In this document: piece after piece, positions 32,483-44,776 of the stretch | Layout of the letters: each line of letters starts with the position of its first letter | Numbering within the stretch: position 1 is the stretch's first letter | Origin: Chlorokybus atmophyticus | Lineage: Eukaryota > Plantae > Mesostigma and Chlorokybus algae | Direction: 5' to 3' | Assembly: GCA_009103225.1 (NCBI GenBank) | Contig: RHPI01000446.1 | Location: 62,001-126,000, forward strand | Length of the DNA stretch: 64,000 nt | Notes under the pieces: generated by a model | Told to the model about the DNA's origin: nothing | Databases searched by the model: none | Seen by the model: the letters and a program-made list of their open reading frames with translations, nothing else | Made by a program: the position numbers and the translations under genes

Positions 32483-32837
32483 CACGGAACAGAGAGAGAG
32501 AGAGAGAGGGAGGGGGAGAGTACCTTTGTACAGCGGAGTTGTGGCTTCCAGCGCTTTGCGCGACTGTAAACATTTAAGGCAACGGTGTTTATCATGCGAG
32601 ATGTGTGATGTGTATGGGATGCTCCATCACACATGCGGTCACAAGGCATATGGACACGCGCATTCTGTTGCTGCATGCATGCCGTTATGACATAGCTTCG
32701 TGCCAGTATTGCGCAACAGTATGGCACATGCGTGTGTACGTGGGTACAAAGGGGAACTCGCACATGCAAATCGGCGTGAACATGCAATACAATAACCACA
32801 ACAACCACTCACCAACTTGGCCTCCGGGCAAAGGCAT

Positions 32838-33345
<508 letters not shown>

Positions 33346-34189
33346 NCAGCGGCAGTTGTCCATGCCTATCACACACGCTAAGCACACGCTAAGCACACAC
33401 TAGGCACACATATAGCGATCAACATGCTATGTACCGACTACCACTACCACTACTGCCCCCCCTGTCAGACAACTGGGTGTGCATACACATATGCACACCC
33501 AGTTTCGTGCACGCACAGCACCATGCAGACACATCTTTATCGCTGCACTGCACGTCTTGTACACGTGCACACTTACACACATAAACAGTTGCGTGCACCA
33601 TGCACGCAATGCTATCCACCCCGCTCCCTCGCCTCAGACACACTTAGATAGTGCACACATCATAGCCAAGCCCTTGCCCGTGTAATTGAAGTGCCCTGGT
33701 GCGCTGAGAATGCTGTTGCTGGTGTGCACTGTGTGCTCCCTGCTCTTAAATGTTCGGAAAGCCTATGCACGCAATATTATAACATACTGGGTTGGTTGCA
33801 GCAAACAGCAATCAGCCAGCAGCAGAGGGGAGGCGACACTGGCCTAAGGCCATCGTGCCCCACAACACTGTTAACCAACGACGCAGCCAACTTGTAAGCA
33901 AGCAACTTAGAGCCCCTGCTAAAGCAACAACAAGCACACAGTTGATGCTTGGGCAAATAACATAGCGCAGTCCATATTTGCCAGCCAAACCAACGCGCGG
34001 TGTCTATGGCACACTCATCCACTAGTGTGGTCCCAGTTAAAGCCGTCCCAGCACTTCATACCGTGATATATGCACTACCCCAACCCTAGCACAAACGCTC
34101 TCAGCTACGCATACCAGAACCAGGCACTAATAATGTTTCCTATCACCTAACATGCTGCTAAATCAGCATAATGATTGCAGCTGCATTGA

Positions 34190-37100
34190 TCACGGCTCGT
34201 AACTGAGCATGGGCCCAAGCCACTTCTCGCACTCTTGCACGGGCATGCCTTTGCGGGCAGCATAGTCGTGCACTTGATCGCTTGTGATCTTACCAACAGC
34301 GAAGTACTCGGAGCATTTGTTGGCAAAGTACAGCCCGCTGACGCTGGCCGCTGGAAGCATGGCGAGGCTCTCCGTCAACTCAATGCTTGTCTGATCCTGG
34401 ATGGCCATCAGGTTCCACATCGTCGTCTTCTCGGTGTGGTCCGGCTGAGACGGGTAGCCCGGTGCCGGCCTGATACCCTGCATTCCAAGACAACAACTCG
34501 TTACACGCTTGCGGCCACGTGGGCACTCATGCGCATACACGCATGCACATACACATCCACACCTCCAGGCCATTATGACAACATGCATGTGTGAACCCTG
34601 CTGTACTGACCTGATACTTGACTTTAAGTTTGTCTTCAGCACTCAGGTTCTCATCCTTTGCATAGCCCCAATACTCCTTTCGCACAATCTCATGCAGCAC
34701 TTCAGCAAACGCTTCGGCCAGCCTGTCGGCAAGGGCCTCGGCCATGATGTAGCTGAAGTCGTCGTGGGTATCCTTGAACTTCTGGATCATCTCATCCAAA
34801 CCGAAGCCTGCGCTCACGGCAAACATGCCAAGGTAGTCCTTCACTCCTGAGCCCACGGGTGCAACGAAGTCCGAGAGAGCAAGATAGGGTTGCTCTGTTT
34901 CTTTCTCGCCTTGCTCCCGAAGAGTGTAGAATGTCGTAAGCACCTGGCAAGGACACATCAGAATATTTATCCACAGTATTGGAGACATTCACAGTACTGT
35001 CTGTGGGCATTACAACCTCAACGTAGCCATAATAGCCAGTGCGGTTGGGGCATGTACCTCGCTGCGTGACTCGTCTGTGTAGATGATGATGTCATCGCCA
35101 TCAGAGTTAGCAGGATAGAACCCTACGATACCCCGCAGCTGAAGAAGCTTCTTGTCTACTATGTCCTTCAGCATGGCATTGGCCTCTTCAAACAACCGCT
35201 TGGCCTCAGCGCCAACTGTCTCATCGTTGAAGATCTTTGGAAACCCGCGATTCGGGTAGCGCCCTCGCAGCTGCCAAACCTGCCAACAACATGCAAGTCG
35301 AGTCAGCCTTTGTAACAGCACCACTCACACGTTGGTAACTAGCTCGCCATCACGCAGATAACAACTGCCACGTGCCTGAAAGAAGGGGTTCCAGTCGATA
35401 TCTTCAAGAACCTGCTCCAGCGGGAAGTCCGTGAGAACTTTGTTGCCTAGGAAAGAAGGCGTCACTGGCTTGTTTTCGGGAAGCGACCAGTCAACCTTTA
35501 GATGGTTAGCGCGTGCTTTGGCAATGGGCAGGTACTTCCTGTCTTCCAAGCTAGCATAGAACTCCTGCAGCATATCTTATCAGATACTATACTTAATCAC
35601 TGCACCCACACGATTGCCCAATTGAACAGACACTGCCTCATGCAAGCTGTCACGGTGCTGCATATGCTCCACATGATTGCCCAGCAGGGTAGCCCATAAC
35701 GCATTGACTACCTACCTCGCGCATCTCTGCATAGGTGTCCGCAATATCTGCATTGAACTCCTCCTTTTTGTTCGGGTCAAGCAGACTTTGAACAACAGTG
35801 ACGCTGCGGGAGGCATCCAGCACATGCACCGCCGGGCCGCTGTACTGAGGTGCGATCTTCACCGCCGTGTGCATCTTGCTGGTTGTTGCACCGCCAATCA
35901 ACAAGGGAATCTTCAAGCCCTGCTTCTCCATCTCGCGGGCGACGTGTACCATCTCATCAAGCGATGGCGTGATCAGACCGCTCAAGCCAATAACATCAGC
36001 CTTGTGCTCCTTGGCCGCAGCCAATATTTTGTCACAGGGTGTCATGACGCCCAGATCAATAACCTGTGAGCAAAAACTCACATCAGTGTCCGCATGTGTT
36101 TGCAGTAAACCAAGTGCTTTGTGCACTCATGTGTTTGAGCGAATGCACAATGCATTTAATATGCTCTTGTCACGCATTATCATGCAAAACACCCTCGTCC
36201 ATGGCACAATAGGCACCTTGTAGTTGTTGCATCCAAGCACGACAGCCACGATGTTCTTGCCGATATCGTGAACGTCGCCCTTGACCGTGGCAATGACCAT
36301 GACGCCCGCGTTGCTCTCTTTTTCCTCTGCCGCGTCTGGGTTCGCCAACCTTGCGAGGCGTTTCTCTTCCTCCATGAAGGGTATCAGGTGGGCGACTGCC
36401 CGCTTCATGACGCGAGCTGACTTGATAACCTGGGGCAAGAACATCTTGCCTGCCCCAAACAGGTCGCCAACGATGTTCATGCCATCCATGAGAGGGCCCT
36501 CAATGATATGCAACGGACGCACGTAGCGACCGCCAGCACGGGCCTCCTCAGTGTCCCGCACAACGAACTCATCAATGCCCTTCACGAGCGCATGCTCAAT
36601 GCGTTTCTCAACAGGCTCATCCCGCCACGACTTGACAGCTAAATTTTGCAAACACAAGGGGTTGATGGTACAGCCACTGGTAAGAAAGCTCCTCCATGAC
36701 CACATGGACAGCATGCAGGTGGTCTAGCGGCAAACAAAGACTTACCAACTGCTGCTTGGCTTGCTGGCTTGTTCCTTGCGTCCAGCTGTGCAGCAAACTC
36801 CAGCATGCGCTCGGTGGCATCATCGCAGCGGTTCAAAAGAACGTCCTCGACATGCTCAAGGAGGTCTTTGGGGATTTTATGGTATTCATCTGCTTTGACC
36901 TGGGCTGTGTTGACAATGCCCATGTCCATGCCATGTAGGCATGCATGATACAGGAAAGCACTGTGGAAGGCCCGCCTCACAACATCATTCCCACGGAAAG
37001 AGAAGGCAATGTTTGAGACACCACCGCTGATCTTGGCTCCCGGGCACATGCGCTTGATCTCACGGACAGACCTGCCAAAGACACACAGTGGATGAGCTAG

Positions 37101-40100
37101 CTTCTCATACATAAGCTTTAGCGCGCTTGCGTATTAAACTTTGAGCAAGTAAGAGAAATGCAGCAGAGAAACTACATGCGCTACCATGACGCCAGTCATG
37201 TCAAATTTGCACCCCACCTGATGAAATCAATGGCATAGTTTGCATGTTCTGCCATCCCAGTGCCAATGGTCAAGATGTTGGGGTCAAAGATGATGTCGTC
37301 GGGGACAAAGTCAATCTCCTCAACCAGCAGCTTGTATGCCCGCTGGCAGATGCGCACCTTCTCCTCAAATGTGGCAGCTGCAAACAGGAAGCATTTGAAC
37401 TCACCCATTAACATGCACACGAACACATCCAATGATCAAGTACCAGCAAACAAACTCACCTTGCCCCTGCTCGTCAAATGCCATAACCACAACGGCAGCG
37501 CCATGCCGCTTGACTATGGATGCCTGCTTGAGAAACTCGGCCTCACCGCCCTTCAGGGAGATAGAGTTCACAATGCATTTGCCCTGGCTGCATCTGAGCC
37601 CCGCCTCCACAACATGGAATTTTGAAGAATCAATCATGAAAGGGACCTTGGAGGCCTCAGGCTCAGAGACCAACAGGTTCACAAACTTGGTCATGGCAGA
37701 GACGCCATCAATCAGCCCGTCATCCATGTTGATGTCAATGACGTCAGCTCCAGCAGCAACCTATCGATGCATGAAACTCAGGTACTGCGCTAGTGCACAG
37801 GACTGACTGCATTGCATGAGCAATAAACGCAGTACATACCAATACATCCAGCAGTACCTGCTTGAGAGCGATGTCAAGGGCCTTATCCATTTTGCCATCA
37901 ATGATGGCTTTCTTGAAGATCGACGAGCCTGCCACATTGCAACGCTCGCCAATACACACAAAGGTGTCCCTGTACGTGCTGTAGTCTGTCCCAGGATTGT
38001 AAATCAGTGGCTCCAGCCCACTCAACCGCAGTCGGGGTTCTATGACTGGGAGTTTACGCGGAGGATACTGCGCCGCCAACTCTGCCATTGCCTTGATATG
38101 ATCAGGGGTAGTGCCACAGCAACCACCCAAAGCATTCAGGATGCCAGCCTCAAAAAATGGGCGTATCTGCTCCGCCATCTCTGCTGGCTTTTCATCATAG
38201 CCGCCCATAGCATTGGGCAGGCCAGCATTGGGATAGCAGAAAACGTGCGTATCGGCAACCTCACTGAGTCTCTCCACATACTTCTGCATGTCCTTGGCTC
38301 CTAGTGCACAGTTGAGACCCACTGCCAAGGGCTTTGCATGGTTGATGCTTATCCAGAAAGACTCGTTGGTTTGACCACTAAGCGTTCTCCCGCTCATGTC
38401 CACAATGGTGCCACTGCAAGAAAGGCAACACTCAGCCGCACACAATATCACCAGCTGAACCACATGTCAAGCACATACCTCACAAAAATTGGCAACTCAA
38501 CGCTGTGGTCCTTGAAGAACAGATCAATAGCATACAAAGCTGCCTGCCATTACGCACGCGTTAAGTTGGAAAGACAATCAACACAACCATCAGCACACAG
38601 TGACCAAGCACTGACAGAAGCACTGTCCGTGAAACTAATTTTGCAAAGCAACCCCTTTTGACCAAACTCAAATGCTCACAAGATGTATACCGCAGTAGCA
38701 GCACAGTGAATTGTTCATACCTTGGCGTTTAGCGTGTCAAAGATAGTTTCTACCAGCAGAAGATCAACACCTCCTGCCACCAGGCCTTCAATCTGCTCAT
38801 AGTACGACGTGACAATCTCATCATAGGTGCACGCTCGGAAGGCTGGGTTTTCCACTGAAGGTGAAACGCTCAGCGTCCTGTTGGTGGGACCAATCGCGCC
38901 GGCCACAAACCGCGGCTTGTCAGGAGTCTGTCGCGTGAAGTCATCTACTGCTCGTCTTGCTACCTCTGCTGCTTTCTTGTTGATCAGCAAGACCTCCTCC
39001 CGAGCTTGCAGCTCGTAGTCAGCCTGTGATATGGATGTAGCATTGAACGTGTTGGTCTCGATGATGTCAGCGCCTGCAGCCAAGTACTCGCGGTGTATCG
39101 CTTCAATGATGTCCGGTCGTGTGATGACCAGCACATCATTGTCGCCTTTGAGATCGTGCGTGTGCTTCGCGTAACGTTCGCCTCGGAAGTCGTCTTCCGT
39201 GAGCTTGTAACGCTGGATCATAGTGCCCATCGCTCCATCAATGATCATCACCCTTTCTTTCATGATGCTGCGGATGAGATCAGATTTGTCTTGAACGTTG
39301 GGAGCATCTGCACAAAATCGTCTCAGCACTAATATGACCATAACCAAGTACCCTTAGCACAATAGTAAGCCCTGCGAGTAGCGACCATGCAGCATGTGCT
39401 GCAGTAAACTGCTGGCATGTGACGCATGCTTCAATGTATTACCTTTTCTGAGAGGTTGCGAGGGCGGTAAAGCCTTCCTTTTGTACTCTGGCACAGGTGC
39501 TGATTTGCACAACAAGTGTTAGCAATTTGCAACGCTAGTGAACCGCTGTGGCACTTGCTAACTGGTAGGTGCAACAGCACTTACGTAGCACGGCTGGCGG
39601 CGCCAACGGGTCCTCTCCAGGGGCGTATCTGCAGACTTTGGGGGGCATCTTGGGTGCGTTCTGCTTTGCCTCCTCCTCTTTCTTCTTCTCTGCTTGCTGG
39701 TTGATGTAATCCAGCATACGCTCTGTAGAGTCTGGCCGTCGGTTTAGCAGCACGTCCTCCACATGCTCGAGAAGGTCTTTGGAAATCTTATGGTAGTCGT
39801 CTGCTTTAACCTGTGCTGTGTTGACAATTCCCATGTCCATGCCATTAAGGCATGCGTGATACAGGAAAGCGCTGTGGAAGGCCCGCCTCACAACATCATT
39901 GCCGCGGAAAGAGAAGGCAATGTTTGAGACACCCCCACTGATCTTGGCTCCAGGGCACACGCGCTTAATCTCGCGGACAGACCTGCCCAGCATCAAGAAA
40001 ACAGATGAGCTTACAACAACCATAAGCATGTCGCGCTGGCATGGTCAGTGACAGGCAAGATTCCATTTGCATGCAGCAGAGCTACTGCATGCAAATACCA

Positions 40101-43100
40101 TGCAGACAAACCATATCAACATGCTAATTGAATGCATGAGTTCCCACCTGATAAAATCGATGGCATAATTGGCATGTTCTGCCATACCAGTGCCAATGGT
40201 CAGAATGTTGGGGTCAAATATGATGTCCTCCGGGTAGAAGTCAATCTTTTCAACCAGCAACTGGTATGCCCGCTGGCAGATGCGCACTTTCTCCTCAAAT
40301 GTGGCAGCTGCAAACAGGAAGCACTTCAACTCACCCATTAACACGCACAAGGACACACCCAATGATTAAATACTAGCAAACAAACTCACCTTGCCCCTGC
40401 TCGTCAAATGCCATAACGACAACAGCAGCACCGTGCCGTTTGACTATTGATGCCTGCTTGAGGAACTCTGCCTCACCGCCCTTCAAGGATATAGAATTTA
40501 CAATGCATTTGCCCTGGCTGCATCTGAGCCCGGCCTCTACAACATGGAACTTTGAAGAGTCGATCATGAAAGGAACCTTGGAGGCATCAGGCTCAGAGAC
40601 CAACAAGTTCACAAACTTGGTCATGGCAGCGACGCCATCAATCAGCCCGTCATCCATGTTGATGTCAATGACGTCAGCTCCAGCAGCAACCTATCGGTGC
40701 ATAAAACTCGGTTCTGAGCCAGTGCACAGGACTGCATTGCATGAGCTACAAAAGTGAACGACACATCCAGCCGAACCTGCTTGAGTGCAATGTCAAGGGC
40801 CTTATCCATCTTGCCATCGATGATGGCTTTCTTAAAGATTGTTGAGCCTGCCACATTGCAGCGCTCACCGATACACAAAAAGGTGTCCCTGTACTTGTTG
40901 TAGTCTGTCCCAGGATTGTAGATCAGTGGCTCCAGCCCACTCAACCGCAGTCGGGGTTCTATGACTGGCAGTTTGCGTGGAGGATACCGTGACGCCAACT
41001 CTGCCATTGCCTTGATATGATCAGGGGTAGTGCCACAGCAACCACCCAAAGCATTCAGGATGCCAGCTTCAAAAAACGGCTGTATTTGCTCCGCCATCTC
41101 TGCTGGCTTTTCATCGTAGCCGCCCATAGCATTGGGCAGGCCAGCATTGGGATAGCAAAAGACGTGCGTATCGGCAACCTCACTAAGTTTCTCCACATAC
41201 TTTTGCATGTCTTTGGCTCCCAATGCACAATTGAGACCTACTGCCAGGGGCTTGGCATGGTTAATGCTTATCCAGAAAGCCTCGTTGGTTTGGCCACTGA
41301 GTGTTCTCCCGCTCATGTCCACGATGGTACCACTGCACAGAAGAAACAACACTCAACCGCATGTAACAGAACTAGCTGATACTGAATCGCAAGCACATAC
41401 CTTACAAAAATTGGCAACTCAAAGCCATGGTCCTTACAACATAAATCGATGGCATATAGCGCTGCCTGCCGATATGCACGGGTCAAGTAAGCGGATACTC
41501 CCATCAGCACACAGCGCCGACAGACATCTTGTATAAGTTAGCTTGCGCCCAGCGGGTTCCCCAGCTACAAGGAATTGTTTTCTACTGGTAGTTCACGGCG
41601 ACAAACGGCATGAATACTGACAAGCAGGCACGTAGTTTGTCGATTGCTATGGTCAGCTAAAGTCGTCAATACAAGCAATCTCTGGCACGAGACAACAACG
41701 CTCGCACGAAGTTGCCACGAAGCAGCAGCACAGTGACCTGTCATACCTTGGCGTTTAGCGTGTCAAAGATAGTTTCTACCAGCAGAAGATCGACACCTCC
41801 TGCCACCAGGCCTTCAATCTGCTCATAGTACGACGTAACAATCTCATCATAGGTGCACGCTCGGAATGCTGGGTTTTCCACTGAAGGTGAAACGCTCAGC
41901 GTCCTGTTGGTGGGGCCAATCGCGCCAGCTACAAACCGAGGCTTATGTGGAGTCTGTCGTGTGAAGTCATCCACTGCTCGTCTTGCCACTTCTGCAGCTG
42001 CTTTGTTGATTAATAGCACCTCCTCGCGAGCTTGCAACTCATAGTCTGCCTGCGAGATTGATGTGGCGTTGAAGGTATTGGTCTCGATGATGTCAGCACC
42101 TGCCGCCAAGTACTCGCGGTGTATCGCTTCAATGATGTCCGGTCGTGTGATGACTAGGACATCGTTGTCACCTTTGAGATCATGCGTATGATTCGCGTAG
42201 CGCTCGCCTCGAAAATCAGCTTCCGAGAGCTTGTAACGCTGGATCATCGTTCCCATTGCTCCATCAATAATCATGACCCTTTCTTTCATAATGCTGCGGA
42301 TGAGATCGGCCTTGTTCTGAGGCGGTCGCTCAGGCTTGGCCATAACCTCTGGAGAGATGGTGCTTGGCAGTGTAGCTGTGCTAGAGCTCTTTACTTCGTC
42401 AGCGGGGGGTAACACGGGCGTGTTTTGTGTGACATCACAGCTTCTTGCTTTCTCAGGCAAAGCTGATTGTGCATCTTGCGTGCTAAACTCATGTTTGGGA
42501 GAGGAGGCTGCAGACACAGTCAGAGATGAGACGCGTTATCATCATCGTTTACAACAGCAGCAGACTATCAGCCCCGGATGACACGAGGCTCAGTCAGCAC
42601 CAAACTAAAGGGAGTCACGCATTCTACAAGAACAATTGGAGTCATTGTTTCTAACAGCCCAGACACCACTGCTTGCGTCAGAGTTTCAAGCTTTGGTATG
42701 TTCAAGCAGACCCAAAAAAAAGGACAGCGACATTGGCAGAAACGACAGTCAATGAAAGCGCATTCAAGATGATAGGTGTCTACGCAAGTGTGTGGTTGCA
42801 AACCAGCACGTGTCTACGAATGGTAGCAGCCCAACTAGACAGTCGTGAAAGGAACAATCTAGTGAACCGCCTGAGGAAATGCTGCTGAACAGTAACATTG
42901 CTTGCATACACATGACAGCTGACAATGCCCATCCAAGATACAAGGTGACTCGCGCAAGTGCATGTTTGGAGCTTATGCCTGTGGTGACTCAGCACGGTAG
43001 CTGCAGATCTTGCCGGTTTTGAACAGTCAACCCACATGTAGTGCTGGTGTTGAAGGCTGGACTGGTCAACAGCTAAGTTGACCAGTCCAGCCTTCAACAC

Positions 43101-43722
43101 CAGCACTACATCACAATCAACAGCACCGCCGACTGTACATGAGGTGGGAAGAGATTAGGTCACAACGAATGTGGCATGCAGGTCCTGACGCGTCCGCAGC
43201 AATCAGAATGCATGCAAGTCTTGCTGCTCAAAGCTCCACTCATGCAGCTATAAACCCGCGCACCCAAGGCCCCACTTCAACTGGGCATGCTCATTAGCGC
43301 AATGCAAACAGCACGGCTGAGCTAGCAGCATGCCCACAACTACGCAATGCCATGCGGATTCACAGACGAGGCTACCAACCGCCGTTTCAGCTAAAACACA
43401 GCATGTTCGCAAGTAATGCTAAGCTGCTGCTGCTGCTACTGCTTGTAAGCATGCTGCCTGACGACCAGACTTCCTGAAGATCACCTGTGTCAAGTGCTAA
43501 AGCGGCGCGGTCCTGAGCAACAGTCCTCTGCTGCTGCTGCGGATCCCTGCCGAAGATCCAGAAGGCGGCGGCGGCGAGGCATGCCGCAGGCACAAGCAGG
43601 GGCAGCAGCAGCGTGACCAGCAGCAGGGCGGCGGAGGCGGCGGGGAACGCCGCCAGCACCGCCACTCCAGTCAATAGCGGGCGGTACCGGCAGAACCGCC
43701 ATGCGCCCCCCACGCGGTCCAT
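34190..43722 (-). CDS. METH: Cobalamin-dependent methionine synthase with tandem-duplicated Hcy-binding + pterin-binding modules; 19-exon model, ~2091 aa
   Basis: Exons: 43722-43485, 42507-41747, 41465-41401, 41332-40777, 40690-40390, 40307-40148, 39982-39585, 39307-38721, 38543-38479, 38413-37858, 37760-37460, 37377-37218, 37071-36746, 36638-36217, 36063-35716, 35564-35376, 35279-35058, 34943-34611, 34477-34190 (6276 nt, in frame). [23 protein letters not shown] and DINMD each occur twice; DVHDIGKN and [17 protein letters not shown] occur once. METH identity is certain. Exon 1 and the module A-B join are inferred. Confidence 0.9.
43036..43111. other. Perfect 35-bp inverted repeat with a 6-nt loop (hairpin) in putative METH intron 1
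   Basis: ATGTAGTGCTGGTGTTGAAGGCTGGACTGGTCAAC-AGCTAA-exact reverse complement. Confidence 0.95.
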
Positions 43723-44165
43723 CACCCCCTAACCCCCAAATTCCGACAACCTCGCCACCGCGGCCACCGCCGCCGCCGCCGACAACGACCTGGCCAGCGT
43801 CACTGCTTCAATGCCACCGTGACGCCGTCACGTAACTGGCCCAATCGCGTAGCGCGTGACGCACAGTAGAAAGTTGCTTCTTCGATTCCAGCATTTGTTT
43901 GTAAGTCTAAAGCTCAATTACAAATCTATGCGCGGCAAAAGTCAGTTCGCGGTTACAGGGGTTGACCCGCAGTTGACACCTGTTACGCAAGCGCAAAATG
44001 GTTAGGATTTAACCAAGCCTACCGTACTGCCAGGAATTCAGCCAATTTGCGTTTTCCGAGTTAGTCTCCGAGTTAGTTTTTCTTTCGACCTTTGCGCCGC
44101 AGGCGCTGCACATTATCGACGAGCGGTGATCCAACGGTCAATTATGCCTACCGTAGGCGTCAGTG

Positions 44166-44247
44166 ACCGATGAACGGCTTGTAGAAGTCCGGTAGAGGCC
44201 CCGCCTACGAGGGGCCTTTACCGGCCTTCTACAAGCCGTCCATTGGT
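44166..44247. other. Imperfect 37-bp inverted repeat with an 8-nt loop between the METH and TMEM184 starts
   Basis: Arms at 44166-44202 and 44211-44247 match at 33 of 37 positions. Confidence 0.9.
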
Positions 44248-44776
44248 TTTAAGCTCTATCAACGCCGTCAACCATAGTGCCATCAACCGGTCTAGCCTTT
44301 TTTGACAGTTTTGATGACTTGCTGGAAATATTGTTTTGGTCGAATGATTCCTAGCGGTACGGTACTGATTGCATTTGTCGGTCAGGTGGTGATTTCTCCG
44401 TTGTAAGCCCAGTTAAGCACGTCGCTTACAAAGCTGTTATTTAACCTCGACGACATTTACGAATGCTGCCACGTGGCGTTCAGGTCATCTGGGGGGAAGC
44501 AGCGGCGGCGGCGGCGGCGGAGGCGGAGGAAGCGGAGGAGGCGGAGGCGGAGCTGGTGGCTTGGGTCGGAGGAGTTGGCAAGGTCGTTACCTGGAGCTGG
44601 GTGGCGAATGCTAGCTTAGCCCTGGGCTGGTGTGTGTGAGGGTGTGGCCTGGTCAACAACCGCCCAGGTGGTGGTGGAGGTGTTGTTTGAGCAGCTAGCT
44701 GATATGTTGTTAGTGCGGTAGCTGTTGGCACAGCACGCAGGGTTGTAGTGGGCTGGGTTAGAGCAGCGGCGGCAAC

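Noticed and set aside
32560-32575. TGTAA as a chlorophyte poly(A) signal (also near 47553 and 49080)
   Set aside because: Found after only some genes, and a 5-mer is too frequent to support a call without 3' end data.
37816-38304. 162-aa plus-strand ORF, and similar ORFs opposite METH exons
   Set aside because: Antisense shadows of METH coding exons.
39585-42507. METH module A as a haplotype or assembly duplication
   Set aside because: Introns are strongly diverged, there are many synonymous differences and the flanks are unique, which points to an old real duplication.
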